Assembly (NCBI GenBank): GCA_963723755.1
Contig: CAVRSS010000102.1
Location: forward strand, 377 to 64,376
From: an uncultured Alphaproteobacteria bacterium
GTDB lineage: Bacteria > Pseudomonadota > Alphaproteobacteria > Rhizobiales > Rhodomicrobiaceae
Reading direction: 5' to 3'
Length of the DNA: 64,000 bases
Shown here in pieces: positions 21,389-32,757 of this stretch (its first letter is position 1; each line of letters opens with the position of its first letter). The position numbers were made by a program, and so were the translations under genes. The notes beneath the pieces are model-generated. The model did not search any database, was not told the DNA's origin, and worked only from the letters and a program-made list of their open reading frames with translations.

Positions 21389-22546
21389 ATGATCAATCGA
21401 ATCCCCCCGAAATGGCTGAGGCGACCCGTCTCACCCGGCTCGGCAAGCTCATGGAGGCGACGGCGCTCATTCAGCGCGTGCTTCGGGGCGAACGCGCCAC
21501 AAACGCCGCAGACAGCCCTACCACGATCGATGCCGAATATACCGTCGTCGAAGGCGAGCCGCGCGGCGAAAAGCCTGGGCCACGGCCGAAAATTCACCAC
21601 GAGTTCAGGCCGCACGCGAGCCTCAAGGAGACGGTTGAGCGCGTCGGGGCAATGTCCAAATTCTTCCGGGAGGGTCTCCATCCCGCCCCGGAGGCGCCGG
21701 AAGGGGCTTCGTTCACGACGGCGACCTATGCCAACGCCGCGGGGTCACGGCAATACAGGCTTTACGTTCCCGCCAACCGAAGCGATGAACGGCCCGCGCT
21801 GATCGTCATGCTGCATGGCTGCACCCAGACCCCCGACGATTTTGCGGCCGGCACGCGCATGAACGCGTTCGCCGAGGAGCATGGCTTTCTCGTTGCCTAT
21901 CCCGCACAGACGTCACGAGCGAATATGCAGCAGTGCTGGAACTGGTTCAGGCCGGAAGATCAGCGCCGGGGGGAGGCGAGCCATCGCTCATTGCGGGGAT
22001 CACCGAGGAGGTCATGAGCCAGCATGGCGTGGATCCGAGGCGCGTCTACATCGCGGGGCTCTCGGCGGGCGGCGCGGCGGCTGCAATCATGGGCGACGTC
22101 TATCCCGATCTCTACGCCGGTGTCGGCGTTCATTCGGGCCTGCCATCGGCTGCCGCACAGGATATGGCGACTGCATTTGACGCCATGCGCCTCGGGGCGA
22201 AGGTTCAGGAGCCGTCTGCGCGGCTTATTCCGACGATCATTTTTCACGGCGAAAAGGATCAGATCGTCAATCCGGCCAACGGTGAGGCTGTGGCAGCCAA
22301 GGCGGTGGGAAGCGCAAGCGGGTTGCGGAAAGAAACGGAACAAGGCCACACCGCCGGCGGCCGAAACTACGTGCGCACCAGCTATGCGGATAAAAAAGGG
22401 GCGCACGCTTTGCGAATACTGGCGCGTCCGCGAGACCGGCCATGCATGGTCGGGCGGCTGCGCTTCCGGCCTCGCATACCGATCCCCTCGGTCCCGATGC
22501 GTCAAGGGAAATGGTTCGCTTCTTCTTCCAGCATCAGGAGGGCTGA
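21389..22546 (+). CDS. PHB depolymerase family esterase (several apparent indels)
   Basis: MAEATRLTR, VMLHGCTQ, CWNWF, AGLSAGG nucleophile elbow, GHAWSGG, REMVRFF. Confidence 0.85.
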
Positions 22547-22889
22547 GCCGCGCTCAGCAAACAGCCCCAGCTTTCGACGACGAACGGCGGGGGCTGTTGT
22601 GCCGCCCACCGCCGCAGCTTGTGGCGGCTAGGCATGGGCGCCTGATCGCCTTGCCCAAAGTCTACTCGGCGTATGGCGCTCGCCTCGAAGTACCATTTGC
22701 TGAGCGGTGAAGAGCGGATCAACTGGAACGATCACTGCGAAGCTACGCAATTTTTGCCAAGAAAATATTGCTTGATGAAGTCGTTCGAGTTGGGACAAGA
22801 GTAAAAAATTCGTTTATAGTGCTATTCGCGCCGAAAAGTGGGTTGTGCGGCGTGAAAAACTCCCCCCAAAATTCTCTCGAGGCCACACC

Positions 22890-24366
22890 ATGGACCTACA
22901 AGACACGCGTATGCAGTGTTTGCGTATGGCTGCCGAGTTGGGCGGCAAGGTCGATGCCGTCATCGCCGCAGCGCATCGTCTGTTCGATTTCATCAAAGGC
23001 GCCGAACAGGCGGCCCCCGCGGAGGCGCCCACCGCCGACAACTCGCCTGAGCCTATCGCGCTCGCTGAGCCGCAGGCGGAAGTTGCAACGGCACTGGCTG
23101 GCGCAATTACAGAGGCCGCGACCAGCGAGCCCCTTGTCGCCGACCCCATCGCGGCATGCGGAACAGCGCTTGTGATGCCGGAGAGTGGAAACTTGGCCGA
23201 AGCCTTGCCGAGCCCCGAGGCTGTGGCTGCTGCTGAGGTTCAGGTCGAAGCCGCGGCTGAGGAGGCCCCGGCCGAGGTTGAAGCTGCTGAGGTTCCTGCG
23301 GAGGCTGCGGCTGAGGAAGCCCCGGCCGAGGTTGTCGCTGCTGAGGTTCCTGCGGAGGCTGCGGCTGAGGAAGCCCCGGCCGAGGTTGTCGCTGCTGAGG
23401 TTCCTGCGGAGGCTGCGGCTGAGGAAGCCCCGGCCGAGGTTGTCGCTGCTGAGGTTCCTGCGGAGGCTGCGGCTGAGGAAGCCCCGGCCGAGGTTGTAGC
23501 TGCTGAGGTTCCTGCCGAGGCTGCGGCTGAGGAGGCCCCGGCCGAGGTTGCAGCTGTTGAGGTTCCCGCCGAGGCTGCGGCTGAGGAGGCCCCGGCCGAG
23601 GTTGCAGCTGCTGAGGTTCCCGCCTGAGGCTGTGGCTGAGGAAGCTCCGGCCGAGGTTGTCGCTGCTGAGGTCTCCTGCCGAGGCTGTGGCTGAGGAGGC
23701 TCCGGCCGAGGTTGTGGCTGCGGAGGCTCCGGCCGAGGTTGCAGCTGCTGAGGTTCCCGCCGAGGCTGCGGCTGAGGAAGCTCCGGCCGAGGTTGTAGCT
23801 GCTGAGGTTCCTGCCGAGGCTGTGGCTGAAGAGGCCCCGGCCGAGGTTGCAGCGCAAGAGGTTCACGCTGAGGCTGTGGCTGAAGAGGCCCCGGCCGAGG
23901 TTGCAGCCGCTGAGGTTCCTGCTGAGGCTGCGGCTGAGGAAGCTCCGGCCGAGGTTGTAGCTGCTGAGGTTCCTGCCGAGGCTGTGGCTGCGGAGGCTTC
24001 GGCCGAGGTCGCAGCTGCTGAGGTCCCTGCCGAGGCTGCGGCTAAGAGGCCCCGGCCGAGGTTGCAGCTGCTGAGGTTCCTGACGAGGCTGCGGTTGAGG
24101 AAGCCCCGGCCGAGGTTGCAGCTGCGGAGGTTCCCGCCGAGGCTGTGGCTCAAGAGGCCCCGGCCGAGGTTGTAGCTGCTGAAGTTCCTGCCGAGGCTAC
24201 GGCCGAGGTTGCGACCAAGGAGACCCCGACGGAGGTCGCCGCTAAGGATGTGCGTGCGGAAGGTGTAACCGAGGAGGCCCAAGTCTCGGCCACCGATCCG
24301 GCCTTCGTGCCGGTGTCTCCCGCGTCGCTCGCCGACATCGGTAAGCAGCCAGCGCCTCATGCCTGA
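22890..24366 (+). CDS. Ala/Glu/Val/Pro-rich tandem-repeat protein (apparent indels inside the repeats)
   Basis: Helical N-terminus MDLQDTRMQCLRMAAELGGKVDAVIAAAHRLFDFIKG, then 18-aa repeats continuing across frames. Confidence 0.7.
23230..24210 (+). repeat. Coding tandem repeat, 54-bp unit (2 x 27 bp), about 17 copies
   Basis: GCCGAGGTTGTCGCTGCTGAGGTTCCT-GCGGAGGCTGCGGCTGAGGAAGCCCCG encoding AEVVAAEVP-AEAAAEEAP. Confidence 0.95.
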
Positions 24367-24471
24367 GTTTCTCCAGGAAATCCTCGAGACAAACCGGAAC
24401 ACCAGCATAAGCCCCGCACGCTCTGCCCGCTCCGCCCCTCCAGGCAGCGTGGGCAGAGCCACGTTGCTTCA

Positions 24472-26402
24472 TCAGCTTGCCGCGGCGCTCCGCTCGCGGA
24501 CGGCGCTCCGGGCCTTCTTGGAGACGGTGGCCTTCATCTCGTCGCAGCAGATTTCGGCCGCATCCTTGAGAGAGGTTGCGATGAGGTCTGCTCCAACCTT
24601 CTTGCGCAGTTCCTCCATCTTTCCCGCATCTTGATCGGGTTGCCAGAAACAGGCGAGAAAGCGCGCATCGGGAAGCGCTCGCCGCCACCGCCGGATCAGA
24701 TATCGCACGGGCAGCGCCCCCGATTGCGAGCCTTCGAACGATGAGATGCAAATAATCCTGGCGTCGGTCTGCAACGCACTTGAGTTGGCAGCGCGCCTTG
24801 TCTGGTCATAGGGCACAACCGACGGCGTCATACCACGCTTTTTCAGAACGTCCGCAAGCAGAACGCTGGCCGCCTGATCGACGGCCCCTTGCGCCTGAAT
24901 GAGCAGCACCGGGCTATTCTCCTTCTCAGGACCGGCGGAACCCCTTTCCGATGCGCCATTCCTTTTACGCGCAGGCTGATTGGCTTCTTCGGATTTAGGC
25001 TCTTCGTCGGTATGCGAGTCGAGGTCCTCGACCACCTCCTCGATAACTTCAAGAAGCTCTGCCTGCCTGCCTTCCGGCAATCTTCCCCGCGCCGCATCGG
25101 CTTCCGCGAGCGCCAGCGCCTTCATGGGAACAGTGTCGTAATAGTCGGAAAGGCGCTGCTTTTCGAGTTGGCTCTCGGCTTGATAGGCAGCTTCGATCGC
25201 ATCGCCCGCCAGCACGCGCTGATAGAAGCCCTCGTGCGGAGCGAGCGCCGGCTCATCGCCCAAGACGATGCCTAAGAAGCTCAAAGCATCGACGTGCCTG
25301 CCGAGCACCGCGATGCAAACCGTGATCGGCACGGCGAGGAGCAAGCCTGGTATGCCCCAGATCAATGTCCAGAACAGCTGCGCCAATACGATTGCCACAG
25401 GCGAGATCCGGTCTGCTGACCTTGGAGAATGGGCTCGATGACTTGTCCCGTCATGAGTTCGACCGCGAAGAACATCAGCGCGGTTTCGACGACCTTCGTC
25501 CAGCCGGGATCGATCGCCGAGGCCAGCACCAGAGGGAACACGGCGGCAATCGGCGTGCCGACATAGGGCACAAACCTGAGGATTGCGGCCAGCATGCCCC
25601 AGAGGACGAAATTCGGGACGCCGATGATCCAAAGCGCCACTCCGATGAACAAGCCGAAACAGCCATTGATAGTGGCCTGGATCAGAAAATAGCGGCTGAG
25701 ACGCTTTCCGGCATCGTTCATTGCCGCCGTTGTGGCCTGCAGGTCGCGCGTGCCTCCAAGGCGCAGCATGCGGTCGCGCAAATCTTCCCGGTAAAACAGG
25801 ATGAACACCAGGAACAGGACGAGAAGCCCGCCCATGCTGATCGGCTCGATAATGGGGCTGAGCAATTCCTGAAGGTATTGAAGGGTGGCGGACTGCGTTT
25901 TTTGCACCTCGACCTGTATTGGAGCGGGCTGATTTCCCTTGGCGTTGCCGGGCTGGCCTTGTGGAGAAGAACTGGCGCCTTTACTGCCCAACTCCGAGCC
26001 AAGGCTGTCCAATGTCGAGGACGCCTGTTCGAGCGTGCCCGAAGAGACCAGAGCTTTATTCAGAGATGCGATTTTTTCGCGGATGTTGTGCTGATATTTC
26101 GGAATTTCTCCGGCCAGATGAGAAACCTGCATCTCCATGACGAAGCCCAGCACGCCCAGGATGGCAAGCGCGAGCACCACGACGGCGATGACCGACGTCA
26201 CCCTTCCAAAGAAAAGGCCGCGCAAGCGCCTGATCGGAGGCGTCAGCACGAAGGACAGCAGAACCGCTATGGCGAGCGGCTCCAGCACGACGCGGCCGAG
26301 ATACAAGACGGCAAGCACGAAACTTACAATGATAAGGCCGCACGCCACACTGACGATGGATGATTCCCGCGCGGGCTGCTGTCGCGACGTTAACTCTGGC
26401 AT
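24472..26402 (-). CDS. AI-2E family transporter with C-terminal cytoplasmic domain (apparent indel near 25405)
   Basis: PLAIAVLLSFVLTP, REDLRDR, LRFVPYVG, FWTLIWGIPGLLLAVPITVC, FYQRVLAGD. Confidence 0.88.
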
Positions 26403-26482
26403 GCGTGCTTTCTTCCCGATGAAATGCTGTAAAGCCCTGGCTGCAAGGCTTTTAAGGCTTAAGCCAACGTGGTAGACCGGAG

Positions 26483-26508
26483 AACGCGGGTCGCGGCTTG
26501 AGCGTTCC
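26483..26508 (-). promoter_or_regulatory. EcfG/sigmaT-type general stress promoter
   Basis: Minus strand GGAAC-N17-CGTT, about 80 bp upstream of the AI-2E start. Confidence 0.6.
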
Positions 26509-26667
26509 AATGGGCGATTGGTGGGACGGCAGGCTTGCTTGCAGGTCTTCGGGTCGGCCTCCGAGCTCGCGGGCTTCGGGGCGGGCGGAGGGCTCGCTTC
26601 GGTAGCCGCTCAGTGTCAGCCGGCGGGAGCGCGCCCGCCCTCGCGCGGGCATTTTCAATGGGAGGAT

Positions 26668-27027
26668 GAAATCTTGGCTTCATCCTTCGACAAGCTCAGG
26701 ATGAGGTCTGCGACAGGCTCAGAATGAGGCTTCGGCAGCTCAGGATGAGGTCTGCGACAGGCTCAGAATGAGGCTTCGGCAGCTCAGGATAGGTCTGCGA
26801 CAAGCTCAGGATGAGGCTTCGGCAGGCTCAGGATGAGGTCTGCGACAAGCTCAGAATGAGGTCGTCGGCAGGCCCAGAATGAGGTCTGCGACAAGCTCAG
26901 AATGAGGTCGTCGGCAGGCCCAGGATTAGATCGAGTGTTTTCAATGAGTTGATCCTCATGGTGAGCTTGTGTTCATCCTCATGGTGAGCTTGTCGAACCA
27001 TGGGCAGCATCGATTTTCCGAAGCCTG
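26668..27027 (-). repeat. Composite MITE/REP-doublet copy with an 11-unit tandem array
   Basis: Eleven 20-23 bp units (CTTCGACAAGCTCAGGATGAGG variants) at ~26685-26930, spacer GAGTGTTTTCAATGAGTTGATC, duplicated left arm, degenerate TIR. Confidence 0.92.
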
Positions 27028-27287
27028 TCAATCCAGGTGTTGTCCCAAATGCGATGATCTTCAAAGGAGATAGAGCCGCCCCGTACAATGGGCCACCCCG
27101 AAGGATGTATATCGTCAGCCCGCTGGTGTTCTTGCTACATCTATTCCCAGGTAAGTCAGCTTTTTCATGCGAAAATCATTGCAAAACGATAGTGCCCATA
27201 ATATTTTCAAATCCAGCAGGACGCCAAATTTTACAGCGCTCTGCCAGTTTCATTCTAGACCTATTGCCTGGATATACTTGCCTATAC

Positions 27288-27318
27288 AAAGCCCCTAGCG
27301 CCGACGCTAGGGGCTTTT
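27288..27318. terminator. Strong hairpin, probable intrinsic terminator
   Basis: AAAGCCCCTAGCG-CCGA-CGCTAGGGGCTTT followed by T-rich sequence. Confidence 0.65.
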
Positions 27319-27720
27319 GCTTTTTAATGCTAAAAGCCGCGGCGATACTCTAATATTTTGGCGCGCCGCGTACCGCGAGTTCCTAACACCAAAGCCCAGC
27401 TTAAACTGGACTCGCCGTCTGACGTGTCGCCGTAAGTCACGACGCTTCCCCGTGGCCGTCCGCTTGCTTATGCTGTTTTCTGCCAAACAAACCCATTTTG
27501 GTTAACCAGTTGTCGAACCCTACCCGGCGTTTGATCGGTTTGGCGACGACGCGGGTCCCGATATTTCGCCTTTTATGAGTATTGAGGCGAATTGACACGG
27601 ATTTTGCAGGGGAGGTCTTTTTGTTGGCGTAAATTTGTGTGCAAGCAGCGCGGGATGCTGTGAACCGATGGGACAGGCGCCGCCTGACTATCGCTCAATA
27701 ACGTGGGAGGCCACAGCACG

Positions 27721-28131
27721 ATGATCTTGAACGGACGGTTGAGATGGAAACTCCTTATCGGGCTTCTCGCGGCAGTTCTCTTTGACACGCTTCTTCAGAT
27801 CACCTGGAAATCGGCCGTCCTCGAAACCCCTTCCGATCCTTCGCCCATAGCGGTGGTGAGCTCGCTCTTCAGCAATCCGGCCCTTCTTGGCATCATTGCG
27901 ATCATGGCCCTTCAGTTCTTTAATTGGCTGATGGTCCTTGGCCAAGCCGATCTCAGCTATGCGAAGCCTGTTGCGTCCTTGAGCTATGCATGCGTTCCGA
28001 TAGTGTCGGTTTTGATGCTGCACGAGGCTGTCGACGGATTTGAGATTGCAGGTGTTGGTTTCGTTATCGCCGGCGTATGGTTCATCAGCCAGACCAAGCC
28101 CATGACAGAGGACACGACCACACTTCCATGA
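27721..28131 (+). CDS. Small DMT/EamA family membrane protein (ArnF-like half)
   Basis: 4 TM; ADLSYAKP, LHEAV. Confidence 0.8.
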   Translation: MILNGRLRWKLLIGLLAAVLFDTLLQITWKSAVLETPSDPSPIAVVSSLFSNPALLGIIAIMALQFFNWLMVLGQADLSYAKPVASLSYACVPIVSVLMLHEAVDGFEIAGVGFVIAGVWFISQTKPMTEDTTTLP

Positions 28132-28460
28132 CTGGAACCACCCTTGGCATTTTGCTCGTCGTGCTCTGCGCCCTTCTGGAAGGGCTCGGGCAGGTTTTTT
28201 TGAAGAAATCGGTGCTCACCAAAGTCCGCTGGTTCATGTGGATTTCGGCAGGCGTCATCGTGCTTGCCCTGCAGGCGCTGATCTACACCGAGGCTTTGAA
28301 GCTGCTCGACGTCAGCGTTGCTTTCACGATTTTGAGCCTCAATCTGATCGCTATAACCGTCCTCTCCCATTTGATTTTAAAGGAACAGGTGACAAGAACG
28401 CGATGGATTGGCGTCGGGCTTATTTTTGTCGGGGTTGCGCTCGTTATGGCCCGAGCCTGA
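28128..28460 (+). CDS. Small DMT/SMR family membrane protein (ArnE-like half)
   Basis: GQVFLKK, LDVSVAF, LKEQV...WIGV; ATGA overlap with partner. Confidence 0.8.
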   Translation: MTGTTLGILLVVLCALLEGLGQVFLKKSVLTKVRWFMWISAGVIVLALQALIYTEALKLLDVSVAFTILSLNLIAITVLSHLILKEQVTRTRWIGVGLIFVGVALVMARA

Positions 28461-28474
28461 ACGCTGTCCTTTAG

Positions 28475-28673
28475 CAGGATGCTGAAAAGCGATGTTGCCC
28501 ATGGTTCGACAAGCTCACCATGAGGTCTAGACCGTTGAAAACACTCGGCCTCATCCTGAGCTTGTCGAAGACCGCATCTGAGCCTGCCGAAGCCCTCATT
28601 CTGAGCTTGCGGAAACCTCATCCTGAGCTTGTCGAAGGATGAAGCCACGTTTTCAGGATTTTTCAGCATCCTC
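28475..28673 (+). mobile_element. Intact composite MITE with TIRs and a TTAG target duplication
   Basis: TTAG|CAGGATGCTGAAAA ... TTTTCAGCATCCTC|TTAG; one left arm and four right-arm units inside. Confidence 0.85.
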
Positions 28674-28867
28674 TTAGACAAACGCGGGCTTATCCACTAT
28701 TGTCGGAACCGTTTCCATTATTGCGGTCAAGATAAGTGACCTGACCAAAGTCTCCGCTTTTATATTTTTTGAAACAAAAGCACGTCATATCTGTCCTCTC
28801 CTATGAGGTCTACTGCAGGGGCCGTAACTAAGCCGTGGCCTTGCTATGCTCAAGGAGAACTGATTGA

Positions 28868-30055
28868 ATGAAAGCTTTGTGTTGGGAAGGCGTTGGAGAC
28901 ATTCGTTACGAGACGGTGCCCGATCCCAAGATTGAAGATGGCCGCGACGCGATCGTCCAAGTGTCGAGCTGTGCGATCTGCGGCTCCGACCTGCACCTTT
29001 ACGACGGGTTCATGCCCGGGATGAGGCACGGCGACATCATGGGCCATGAATTCATGGGCGAGGTTGTCGAGGTCGGAAAAAACAACAAAAAACTCAAAGC
29101 CGGCGATCGCGTCGTCGTTCCCTTCACGATCATCTGCGGCGAGTGCGAGCAGTGCAGGCGCGGCAATTTTTCGGTCTGCGAGAGGACGAACCGAAACAAG
29201 TCCCTCGCCGATAAGGCTTTCGGCCATACCACGGCGGGACTGTTCGGCTACACGCACCTGACGGGCGGCTATCCTGGCGGCCAGGCTGAATATGTGCGCG
29301 TGCCTTATGCCGATGTCGGCCCGATCAAGGTTCCAAAGAGCCTTTCCGACGAGCAGGTCCTCTTCTTAAGCGACATTTTTCCGACCGGATGGCAGGCTGC
29401 TGTGCAGTGCGATATCCAGTCGACCGATACTGTCGCCATTTGGGGCGCGGGGCCGGTCGGCCAGTTCTGCATCCGGAGCGCCGTGCTGCTCGGGGCCAAG
29501 AAGGTGATCGTCATCGACCGGCTTTCCGACCGTTTGTCGATGGCGAAGGCGGGCGGCGCGGACGAGATCATCGACTTCGAGCATGAGGATGTGTTCGAGC
29601 GCCTCAACGACCTCACGGGAGGAAAAGGCCCGGAGAAATGCATCGACGCCGTTGGCCTTGAATTGCATGCCACCGCCTCCTTCGATTCCATCCTCGACAG
29701 GGCGAAGCAGGCGGTCATGCTGGAAACCGACCGCCCCCACGTGCTTCGCCAGATGATCTTCGCTTGCCGTCCGGCTGGCGTGCTGTCCATTCCCGGAGTT
29801 TATGGCGGTCTTCTCGACAACGTTCCGTTCGGCGCTTTGATGAACAAAGGACTGACGGTGCGCACAGGCCAGACGCATGTAAATCGCTGGGCCGAAGACC
29901 TCCTTCGCCGCATCGAAGAAGGCCAGATCGACCCCTCCTTCGTGATCACCCACAAGGTTGCGCTGCGGGACGGACCGAAAATGTACAAGACCTTCCGGGA
30001 AAAAATGGACGGATGCGTCAAGGTCTTCCTGAGGCCGGATGGAGCGGTGTCATGA
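28868..30055 (+). CDS. Zn-dependent alcohol/formaldehyde dehydrogenase family protein
   Basis: [34 protein letters not shown]. Confidence 0.92.
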   Translation: MKALCWEGVGDIRYETVPDPKIEDGRDAIVQVSSCAICGSDLHLYDGFMPGMRHGDIMGHEFMGEVVEVGKNNKKLKAGDRVVVPFTIICGECEQCRRGNFSVCERTNRNKSLADKAFGHTTAGLFGYTHLTGGYPGGQAEYVRVPYADVGPIKVPKSLSDEQVLFLSDIFPTGWQAAVQCDIQSTDTVAIWGAGPVGQFCIRSAVLLGAKKVIVIDRLSDRLSMAKAGGADEIIDFEHEDVFERLNDLTGGKGPEKCIDAVGLELHATASFDSILDRAKQAVMLETDRPHVLRQMIFACRPAGVLSIPGVYGGLLDNVPFGALMNKGLTVRTGQTHVNRWAEDLLRRIEEGQIDPSFVITHKVALRDGPKMYKTFREKMDGCVKVFLRPDGAVS

Positions 30056-30603
30056 TTATAAAAGCCGTTGCACGAATCATGGACATGATGCCGGCATCGA
30101 GAGACAAGTCCGCCAAGCATCTCGCGCGCAATCTCGGCTGGTTCAGTATCGCCCTCGGGGCCGTGGAAGTGGCGGCTGCGTCTCGTCTGTCACGGATCCT
30201 CGGCTGGAGAGGAAGCGAGTCCACGATCGCTTTCTGTGGCCTCCGGGAAATCGCCACCGGGGTCGCGATCCTTGCCTCGCGCGATCCCGCGCCGTTCGTC
30301 TGGGGCCGGGTGGCAGGTGATGCGCTCGACCTCGTTTCGCTCGCAGGCGGCTTTGGCGACAGCAGGCGCAAGGCTACGGTTGGATTGGCCGTTGGCGCCG
30401 TTGCGCTTGTGACAGTGATCGATTTGATCTGCGCCCAGACCTTGTCCGCTGACAATGAGCGCAACAAGACACGCATCCCCGATTACAGCAATCGGACCGG
30501 CTTGCCGAAGATCGCGGCCCAGATGCGCGGTGCGGCGGCGAAAGACTTCAAAATTCCGGCTGATATGCGCGCTGCGCCCGTCAGCCTGGGTGCACATCTA
30601 TAA
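30052..30603 (+). CDS. Membrane protein of the type usually annotated 'cyclase/dehydrase'
   Basis: [31 protein letters not shown]; ATGA overlap with the dehydrogenase. Confidence 0.7.
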   Translation: MIIKAVARIMDMMPASRDKSAKHLARNLGWFSIALGAVEVAAASRLSRILGWRGSESTIAFCGLREIATGVAILASRDPAPFVWGRVAGDALDLVSLAGGFGDSRRKATVGLAVGAVALVTVIDLICAQTLSADNERNKTRIPDYSNRTGLPKIAAQMRGAAAKDFKIPADMRAAPVSLGAHL

Positions 30604-30653
30604 ATATACGCCAAGCATTGTGTACGTTTTGTACAGTCCAGTGTACAATTTAC

Positions 30654-30684
30654 GGCTAGGCTCAAGCGTAAGCCTAGCCTTTTT
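30654..30684 (+). terminator. Intrinsic terminator
   Basis: GGCTAGGCT-8 nt-AGCCTAGCC-TTTTT. Confidence 0.7.
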
Positions 30685-30893
30685 ACAAGCTTTCCACGCA
30701 TTCGATTTTCTGAACTTGACACGATACCGATATTTCGTGCTAGAGAAGGGCCTGAGTTACCATATCTGGTATTTTGTCTTATGTGGTCGTCATGTCATTC
30801 CAGGCATGCGTCCAGGTTCTTCAAATACGATTGTCTTGGCAACGCTTCCGTGATCTTGGTACTGTGAGTATTCACGTTATTCAGGGTTCGGCC

Positions 30894-32427
30894 GTGCCAA
30901 TATCTTACAATCTTTTTCATCAGTTAAGTTCGCAATGGACGGACAAGCACAAGCTTGCGATCGAGACAGGTGCAGGAAAGCTGTATCGTTACAGTGATAT
31001 CTTGGCCGCCACGTCGCGCTTCGCTAACGCGCTTGTGGCCGGGGGTGTGAAGCCAGGCGACCGCGTCGCCGCTCAGGTCGAAAAATCGCCTGAGGCTTTG
31101 GTCCTGTATCTGGCCTGTCTTCGCGCCGGGGCTGCGTATCTCCCGCTTAACACAGCCTATACAGAGCCTGAACTCGATTACTTTCTGCGCGAACTCGGAG
31201 CCCTCCGTTTTTGTCTGCCACCCTGGCACGAGTGAAGCCGGGGAACTGTGCGAGAGGGCAGGGGTGCCGACCCTGTTGACGCTCGGCACCGACGAGGATG
31301 GCACGCTTCCGGAGCAAGCCTCCGGGCAGCCGGATTTCTTCGACGATGTGCCGCGATCGGCCGACGACCTTGCCGCGGTCTTGTATACGTCCGGCACGAC
31401 AGGCCGCTCGAAAGGCGCGATGCTGTCGCACGGCAATCTCGCGTCCAACGCGGTGGCACTGGCTCAGGCCTGGCGGTTCACATCCAATGATGTGCTCCTG
31501 CATGCGCTGCCGATCTTCCACACCCACGGCCTGTTTGTGGCGACCAACGTGGTGCTGATCGCGGGAGCCTCCATGTTGTATCTCCCGAAATTCGATCCGG
31601 ACGAGATTTTCCGGCTCCTGCCATGCGCCACCACGATGATGGGGGTGCCGACCTTTTATGTCCGCCTCCTCGACGACTCCCGTCTAACGCGCGAGGCGAC
31701 GGCGCAAATGCGCCTTTTCGTTTCCGGCTCCGCGCCCCTTCTGCCGGACACCCACCGCGAATTTCTCGAAATGACCGGCCACTCCATTCTCGAACGCTAT
31801 GGCATGACGGAAACCGGCATGAACACCTCGAACCCTTACGAGGGCGAGCGCGTGCCGGGCACGGTTGGAGTGCCTTTGCCGGGCGTCGAAGTTCGGGTCG
31901 TCAACCCCGAGACGGGCGAGACGCTGGACCCTGAGGGCATTGGCATGATCGAGGTGCGCGGCCCGAATGTGTGCAACGGCTATTGGCGCATGCCCGATAA
32001 GACGAAAGCCGAGTTTCGAGACGATGGCTTTTTCATAACTGGCGATCTCGGCAAGATCGATTCGCGCGGTTACGTCCACATCGTCGGGCGCGGAAAGGAC
32101 CTCATCATCTCCGGCGGCTTCAACGTTTATCCCAAGGAAGTCGAGAGCGAGATCGATGCCTTGCCCGGCGTGGTCGAAAGCGCCGTCATTGGGGCGCCTC
32201 ATCCCGATTTTGGCGAAGGCGTCATGGCGGTCGTGGTCTTGGCGAAGGGCAGTGAACTGCAGGAGAAGGATGTGGTGGAGGCGCTAAAGAGCCGTCTCGC
32301 GAATTACAAGCTGCCCAAACGGGTGTTTTTCGTTGATGACCTGCCCCGAAATACAATGGGCAAGGTGCAAAAGAACCTTCTCCGCGATGCCTATGGCGAT
32401 CTTTTTCTCGGCAAGTCCAAGCCTTAG
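30894..32427 (+). CDS. matB: Malonyl-CoA synthetase (apparent indel near 31195)
   Basis: QVEKSPEA, YTSGTTGRSKGAML, HALPIFHTHGLFVA, ERYGMTET, NTSNPY, PRNTMGKVQK. Confidence 0.92.
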
Positions 32428-32525
32428 AGCGCTTTCAGGACTATGCGGTTTTCCGGCCGGAAAGCGCGCTAAAATAAGAGGTTAGGGCGCATTTTGGCGA
32501 CTCGGAGATCGCCGAATGTGCTCTG
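32425..32525 (+). repeat. Rhizobiales-type palindromic intergenic repeat (Bru-RS-like)
   Basis: TAGAGCGCTTTC...GGAAAGCGCGCTAAAATAAGAGGTTAGGGCGCATT...AATGTGCTCTG, nested inverted repeats. Confidence 0.5.
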
Positions 32526-32663
32526 GCCCGTGGACCCGCGCAGCATCAGCCTGAGGAAGCCCGTGCCCGGGCGGCATCAGTCAACACAATTTTCACAAAA
32601 TTCGATGGAAAGGTGGCGGCTAGGCAGACATTCCTTGGCCAGCCAACGAATGCCTCCTTGGAA

Positions 32664-32728
32664 TCTTTTGTTTTCGCAGAGTTTTTTCCCAAAAAACCGG
32701 CAAGGCCACTTTTGGGAACTCTGCTTAG
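32664..32728 (-). repeat. Second related palindromic intergenic repeat
   Basis: Minus strand CTAAGCAGAGTTCCCAAAAGTGG...CCGGTTTTTTGGGAAAAAACTCTGCGAAAACAAAAGA. Confidence 0.45.
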
Positions 32729-32757
32729 TTTGGTTTTAGTCGCGAGCAACAATCGAA

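Noticed and set aside
22890-24366. PopZ
   Set aside because: Lacks the MEEILASIRRII N-helix and the C-terminal oligomerisation helices.
26685-26930. CRISPR array (also 10665-10755)
   Set aside because: Units are contiguous with no unique spacers, no cas genes are present, and the unit is the arm of a dispersed repeat.
27115-27168. IS110 remnant (minus-strand MKKLTYLGIDVARTPAG)
   Set aside because: Only a short YLGIDV resemblance, with a stop after 17 aa and no further similarity.
27593-27608. Sigma54 promoter (TGACACGGATTTTGCA)
   Set aside because: The invariant -24 GG is GA.
30618-30650. TGTAC repeats as a MatR/GntR operator
   Set aside because: They lie upstream of a terminator, about 250 bp from matB, and match too loosely to call.
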